50,552 nt of DNA from the NCBI GenBank assembly GCA_964593825.1, contig CAZQII010000003.1:1-50552 (forward strand), written 5' to 3'. Every line of letters starts with the position of its first letter. Within the stretch, counting starts at the first letter, position 1. The translations under genes and the position numbers were made by a program. The notes under the pieces were generated by a model, which ran no database searches, was not told where the DNA came from, and was given only the letters and a program-made list of their open reading frames with translations. This document shows, piece after piece, positions 46,277-50,552 of this stretch. Origin of the DNA: an uncultured Ruminococcus sp. (GTDB lineage: Bacteria > Bacillota > Clostridia > Oscillospirales > CAG-272).

Positions 46277-48493
46277 TCAACAATAATCAAAAATTCTGTT
46301 TTTGAGCGTCGTGTATCTGAGGCACTCTCTGTTATTGTCCACCATTCTCGCGGCAACATCACCCCTGCCGACGAGGACCACCATTTTTTTCGCCCTCGTA
46401 ACGGCGGTGTACAAAAGATTTCTCGTAAGCAGCATGGGCGCGCAGGAATACATCGGGATTATCACGACGGGATATTCACTGCCCTGGCTCTTATGCACCG
46501 TTATTGCATATGCGAGATCGAGCTCATCTATTATATCGAATCCGTACCTCGCGAGCCTGTCGTCGAATCTTACGTACAGGCATCCGCCCGCCGTATCGAT
46601 GCAGTCGACCGTTCCTATATCGCCGTTGAAAACGCCCGTTCCTATTTCGTCCGCCCTTTCCCACTCGACCTCATAGTCGTTCACGGTCTGCATTACCTTA
46701 TCGCCCTCGCGCAGGACAATGCCGCGGCTTGTCTTTTCCTTTTTGAATTTTGCCGCAGGATTCATCCGCTCTTGAAGTATACGGTTGAGCGCCTCTATGC
46801 CTGCGGTACCCTTTTTGGACGGTGTGATCACCTGGATCTTGTTTTTTATACCGTCGCCGTATGCCCTCGGCAGCCTTTCCGTAACAAGAGCGGCGACGGT
46901 GCTCGGTATATCGCTCTCGTTCTCACGCCTGACAAAGAAGAAATCGTTGTCCGTTACATTCAATATCGGCGGCTCGCCCCGATTGATCCTGTGCGCGTTG
47001 GTAATTATAAGGCTCTCGTTCGCCTGTCTGAATATCTTCGAAAGGCATACGGTCCTTATCTTCTCCGAGCCGATAAGATCCGACAGCACATTTCCCGCGC
47101 CGACGCTCGGCAGTTGATTAGAGTCGCCGATAAGTATCAGATGTGCGCCCGGGCGTACCGCCTTGAGAAGCGCGGTCATAAGCGAAAGATCCATCATCGA
47201 CACCTCGTCGACTATGATCACGTTTTCGTCAAGCTGATTTCTCTCGTTTCTGGCAAAGCGATCTCTTTTGCCTCCGGGATTGCGCTCGGTTTCAAGCAGG
47301 CGGTGCACGGTGCACGCCTTCTCGCTCGTTGCCTCGCTCATTCTTTTGGCGGCTCTGCCGGTCGGAGCCGTGAGCGCGGTCTTCATTCCAAGGCTCGAGA
47401 AGATGGAGATCAGCGCCTTAATTACCGTCGTTTTTCCGGTTCCGGGTCCGCCGGTCAGAATAAAGACTCCGTTGTTGAGCGCCTCGAAGAGCGCCTCCCT
47501 TTGCTTATCCTCATAGACTATCCCGATCTTCATCTCCGTTTTTTCTATCAGAGAGGCAATATCGAGCCTTGTGAATTTTGCCGCCGTGCTCTCTATGAGC
47601 TTTATCTTTTTCGCAACGAACTCCTCATTTTCGTCCACATCGCATGTCATAATAAATTCATTCTCCGAGATGCAATATCTTGAGAGCGTGCCGTCCGCAA
47701 TGACATCCGCGAGAAAATTCGAGATGCGCTCCGTCCCCACGCCGAGCACCTGCGAGGCGGCAAGAACGAGCTTGTCCCTCGGAAGGCAGGTGTGGCCGTT
47801 CACCGCCGCGTTATACGATAGGACGTATTTCAGCCCCGCCCGAAGACGCGGCTCGCACTCGGGATCAAATCCGAGCCCGCTTGCCATTTTGTCGACCTTG
47901 TCAAACGGTATTCCGTATTCGTCGGAGCATAATATGTAAGGATCATCCCTTACCGTGTTAACGGTCGCGGCACCGAGCGATTTGTACACCCTCGTTATCT
48001 CCGGCACCGCCAAAAAGCCAGAGCAAAGCATCATGACTCCGCGAATGCCGGTCTGCTCCTTGAAGGATTCCGATATGAGCACGGCCTTTTTCACCGTGAT
48101 GCCGGGAACGTCCGCCAGCCAATCCGGATGGTTCTCAATGACATCGAATGTCTCCGCGCCGAAGCGATTGACTATTTTCAGCGCGGTAACGGGTCCAACC
48201 CCCTTAACGGTACGGGACGACAGGTACTGCAATATACCGTCAATCTCCTTCGGCAGAGTTTTTTCGAAGCTCTCGAAATTAAACTGCTTTCCGAAATCCT
48301 TGTGGAACGTCCACCTGCCGCGCAGGACCACGCACTCCCCCTCGAAGGCCATCGGAATAATTCCGACCGCTGTGATAAGCGAGTTCTCGGAGTCGGAGAT
48401 CTCCATAACGGTGTAATCGTTTTCTTCATTTTTGTATATAATATTCTCTATCGTTCCGCTCACCGTATCCGACAGCTTGTATTGATCGTTCAT
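46277..48493 (-). CDS. recD2: SF1B helicase RecD2 (YrrC-like)
   Basis: It has Walker A LTGGPGTGKTT, VDEVSMMD, LIGDSNQLPSVGAGNVL and ITVHKSQGSEY. The N-terminal OB/HhH region is typical of RecD2. Confidence 0.9.
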   Translation of the reverse strand: MNDQYKLSDTVSGTIENIIYKNEENDYTVMEISDSENSLITAVGIIPMAFEGECVVLRGRWTFHKDFGKQFNFESFEKTLPKEIDGILQYLSSRTVKGVGPVTALKIVNRFGAETFDVIENHPDWLADVPGITVKKAVLISESFKEQTGIRGVMMLCSGFLAVPEITRVYKSLGAATVNTVRDDPYILCSDEYGIPFDKVDKMASGLGFDPECEPRLRAGLKYVLSYNAAVNGHTCLPRDKLVLAASQVLGVGTERISNFLADVIADGTLSRYCISENEFIMTCDVDENEEFVAKKIKLIESTAAKFTRLDIASLIEKTEMKIGIVYEDKQREALFEALNNGVFILTGGPGTGKTTVIKALISIFSSLGMKTALTAPTGRAAKRMSEATSEKACTVHRLLETERNPGGKRDRFARNERNQLDENVIIVDEVSMMDLSLMTALLKAVRPGAHLILIGDSNQLPSVGAGNVLSDLIGSEKIRTVCLSKIFRQANESLIITNAHRINRGEPPILNVTDNDFFFVRRENESDIPSTVAALVTERLPRAYGDGIKNKIQVITPSKKGTAGIEALNRILQERMNPAAKFKKEKTSRGIVLREGDKVMQTVNDYEVEWERADEIGTGVFNGDIGTVDCIDTAGGCLYVRFDDRLARYGFDIIDELDLAYAITVHKSQGSEYPVVIIPMYSCAPMLLTRNLLYTAVTRAKKMVVLVGRGDVAARMVDNNRECLRYTTLKNRIFDYC

Positions 48494-48527
48494 GACTCCT
48501 CCTCTCCGCTTTTCTTCATTTCATTAT

Positions 48528-48556
48528 ATTTTAACATTTTTATCTTGGATATTCAA
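48528..48556 (-). promoter_or_regulatory. Sigma-A-type promoter for recD2
   Basis: The minus strand reads TTGAAT (48556..48551), a 17-nt spacer, then TAAAAT (48533..48528). Confidence 0.55.
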
Positions 48557-48606
48557 GTATATAATTTGAATTTCGGAGATTTTTTATATTTTTTCTTAAA
48601 AAATAC

Positions 48607-48635
48607 TTGACATCGAACAGCAAATATGATATACT
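48607..48635 (+). promoter_or_regulatory. Sigma-A-type promoter for ylxM-ffh-rpsP
   Basis: It reads TTGACA (48607..48612), a 17-nt spacer, then TATACT (48630..48635). A 7-bp leader hairpin TGTAAAG/CTTTACA follows at 48636..48656. Confidence 0.65.
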
Positions 48636-48695
48636 TGTAAAGTAAATTGCTTTACATCGTTTTGTTATGCAAAATAAGTGAACGGAGAGGCCGAT

Positions 48696-49046
48696 ATGTT
48701 CGAAAAAAATCTGCGAATGGCATATCTGCTTGATTTTTACGGCAATGTGCTTGATGAGCATACAAAATCCGTGATGGAAGCTTATTACGACGATGATCTC
48801 TCACTCGGTGAGATTGCAAGCGGCGAGGGCATCTCCCGCCAGGGAGTGCGGCATATAATCAAGCGCGGCGAGGAGCATCTGACCTTCCTCGAAGACAAGC
48901 TCGGGCTCGCATCCCGACACGAGGAGCTGAATAAATACACCGAGGGGCTTTCATTATTAAAGAAAAGGCTTTTCGAGTCCGGCGACGGTGAAGGAGAGCG
49001 CCTTTTGGAAGCGGTCATCGAACAAATAACAAGCAAAGGATTTTGA
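48696..49046 (+). CDS. ylxM: YlxM/p13-like HTH protein (UPF0122) preceding ffh
   Basis: It has MFEKNLRMAYLLDFYGNVL...YYDDDLSLGEIASGEGISRQGVRHIIKRGE. GGAGAGG lies upstream of the ATG at 48696. Confidence 0.88.
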   Translation: MFEKNLRMAYLLDFYGNVLDEHTKSVMEAYYDDDLSLGEIASGEGISRQGVRHIIKRGEEHLTFLEDKLGLASRHEELNKYTEGLSLLKKRLFESGDGEGERLLEAVIEQITSKGF

Positions 49047-49047
49047 T

Positions 49048-50379
49048 ATGATGTTTCAAAGCCTTACGGAAAAGCTTTCAAATGCTTTCAAAAAATTCAA
49101 AAGCAAGGGTAAGCTTACAGCGGCGGATGTCAAGGAAGGAATGCGCGAGGTCAAGCTCGCTTTGCTTGAGGCTGATGTAAATTTCAAGGTCGTTAAGGAT
49201 TTTACAAAGGCCGTCACAGACAGAGCGGTCGGCACCGAGGTGCTCGAGAGCCTTCTTCCCGCCCAGCAAATAGTCAAGATAGTAAACGAAGAGCTTATAA
49301 ACCTTATGGGCTCGGAAACGCCGAAGATCAATATAAATCCCAAGCCGCCGACAGTCATTATGATGGTCGGACTTCAGGGCGCGGGAAAGACCACGCATGC
49401 CGCGAAGATCGCGAGCATGTATAAGACCAAGGGCAAGCGTCCCCTGCTCGTCGCATGTGACGTCTACCGTCCCGCGGCAATCGATCAGCTCAAGATCGTC
49501 GGAGACTCCGTCGGTGTTCCCGTCTTCTCTATGGGAACGAAGATCTCGCCCGTCGAGATCGCGAAGGCAGGCGTGGAGCACGCCAAGAAAAACGGAAACG
49601 ATCTCGTGCTTATAGACACGGCCGGACGCCTGCATATAGACGAGGAGCTGATGGCGGAGCTTGTTAAAATTAAGGACTCCACGCTTCCGTCGGAGATCCT
49701 GCTCGTTGTCGATGCGATGACGGGCCAGGATGCGGTCAATGTGGCAAAAACCTTTAACGAGCTCTTGGACATCACCGGTGTCGTTCTCACAAAAATGGAC
49801 GGCGACACGCGCGGCGGTGCCGCTCTCTCAGTCAAGTACATCACCGGAAAGCCGATAAAGTTCATCGGCACGGGCGAAAAGATGGACGCGATTGAGCTCT
49901 TCCACCCCGACAGAATGGCTTCGAGGATACTCGGAATGGGCGACGTCCTCTCTCTTATCGAAAAAGCGGAGGCGGCCTTCGACGAGAAGAACGCCAAAGA
50001 GCTGGAGCGCAAAATGCGCGAGCAGACCTTCACGCTCGAGGACTTTCTCGTTCAAATGCGCCAGCTCAAAAAAATGGGCAACTTGAATCAGCTGATCGGT
50101 ATGATCCCCGGTGCAAATACGGGCGCACTCAAGAACGCGCAGATCGATGAGTCGCAAATGGCGAAAACCGAGGCGATGATCCTTTCAATGACAAAGGAAG
50201 AACGCCTGCACCCCGATATTATCAACGGCTCAAGAAGAAAAAGAATAAGCGCGGGCTCCGGCACGACGGTCGAGGATCTGAACAAGCTGTTGCGCCAGTT
50301 CGAGCAAATGAAAAAAATGATGAAGCAGTTCACCGGCGGCAAAAAACGCGGCTTCGCCGGAATGAAGCTTCCCTTATAA
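49048..50379 (+). CDS. ffh: Signal recognition particle protein Ffh
   Basis: It has [10 protein letters not shown], the G-domain motifs [14 protein letters not shown] and TKMDGD, and a Met-rich M domain. Confidence 0.97.
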   Translation: MMFQSLTEKLSNAFKKFKSKGKLTAADVKEGMREVKLALLEADVNFKVVKDFTKAVTDRAVGTEVLESLLPAQQIVKIVNEELINLMGSETPKININPKPPTVIMMVGLQGAGKTTHAAKIASMYKTKGKRPLLVACDVYRPAAIDQLKIVGDSVGVPVFSMGTKISPVEIAKAGVEHAKKNGNDLVLIDTAGRLHIDEELMAELVKIKDSTLPSEILLVVDAMTGQDAVNVAKTFNELLDITGVVLTKMDGDTRGGAALSVKYITGKPIKFIGTGEKMDAIELFHPDRMASRILGMGDVLSLIEKAEAAFDEKNAKELERKMREQTFTLEDFLVQMRQLKKMGNLNQLIGMIPGANTGALKNAQIDESQMAKTEAMILSMTKEERLHPDIINGSRRKRISAGSGTTVEDLNKLLRQFEQMKKMMKQFTGGKKRGFAGMKLPL

Positions 50380-50428
50380 ATCAGGCATTTCTAAAATAAA
50401 AATATATAAAATTTGGAGGACAAAAGAA

Positions 50429-50552
50429 ATGGCAGTTAAAATCAGACTCAAGAGACTCGGCTCGAAGAAGAGCCCCTTCTACCGTGTGGTCGTTGCAGAC
50501 GAGAAGTCGCCCCGCGACGGTAAGTTCATCGAGGAGATAGGTTACTACAACC
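50429..50552 (+). CDS. rpsP: 30S ribosomal protein S16 (5' part, runs off the right edge)
   Basis: My own translation is [47 protein letters not shown] lies 8 nt upstream of the ATG. Confidence 0.93.
   Translation, partial: MAVKIRLKRLGSKKSPFYRVVVADEKSPRDGKFIEEIGYYN

Overview
The window is 50.5 kb of densely packed core chromosome from an endospore-forming Firmicute, probably Clostridia-like (pro-sigma-E, SpoIIGA, WhiA and a SpoVE/FtsW-type SEDS protein are present). Nearly everything is recognisable housekeeping. Left to right: an AbrB-fold mini-protein; a CpsC/CpsD/CpsB tyrosine-kinase module; an unusual lipoprotein; dnaG-rpoD; yigZ; hflX; rpmE; spoIIGA-sigE; mrp; a ClpE-like ATPase; cvpA; dnaE; whiA; murB; recN-argR-nadK-tlyA-xseB-xseA-(Kae1-like)-nusB; ruvAB; rpe; ispDF; a dcw cluster (mraZ-rsmH-X-pbp-murE-murF-mraY-ftsW-murG, then ftsZ); a divergent actin/MreB-like gene; recD2; and ylxM-ffh-rpsP. 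I found no rRNA, tRNA, CRISPR array, transposase, integrase, phage gene or defence-type gene. I cannot support a claim of a new multi-gene system here. The least-explained pieces are: (1) a ~290-bp orphan spacer between two convergent terminators downstream of ftsZ, built around a 123-bp inverted-repeat element; (2) a self-contained transcription unit encoding an MreB-like protein with a degenerate phosphate-2 motif plus a 40-aa membrane peptide absent from the ORF track, in a dcw region that lacks ftsA, ftsQ and murD; (3) a terminator-like hairpin inside the dcw cluster just 5' of the PBP gene; (4) a lipoprotein fusing a solute-binding-protein-like domain, a Cys-rich segment and a Listeria-Bacteroides-type repeat; (5) a 61-aa SpoVT/AbrB N-domain-only protein. 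All functional calls rest on motif recognition in the supplied translations. No database search was run.
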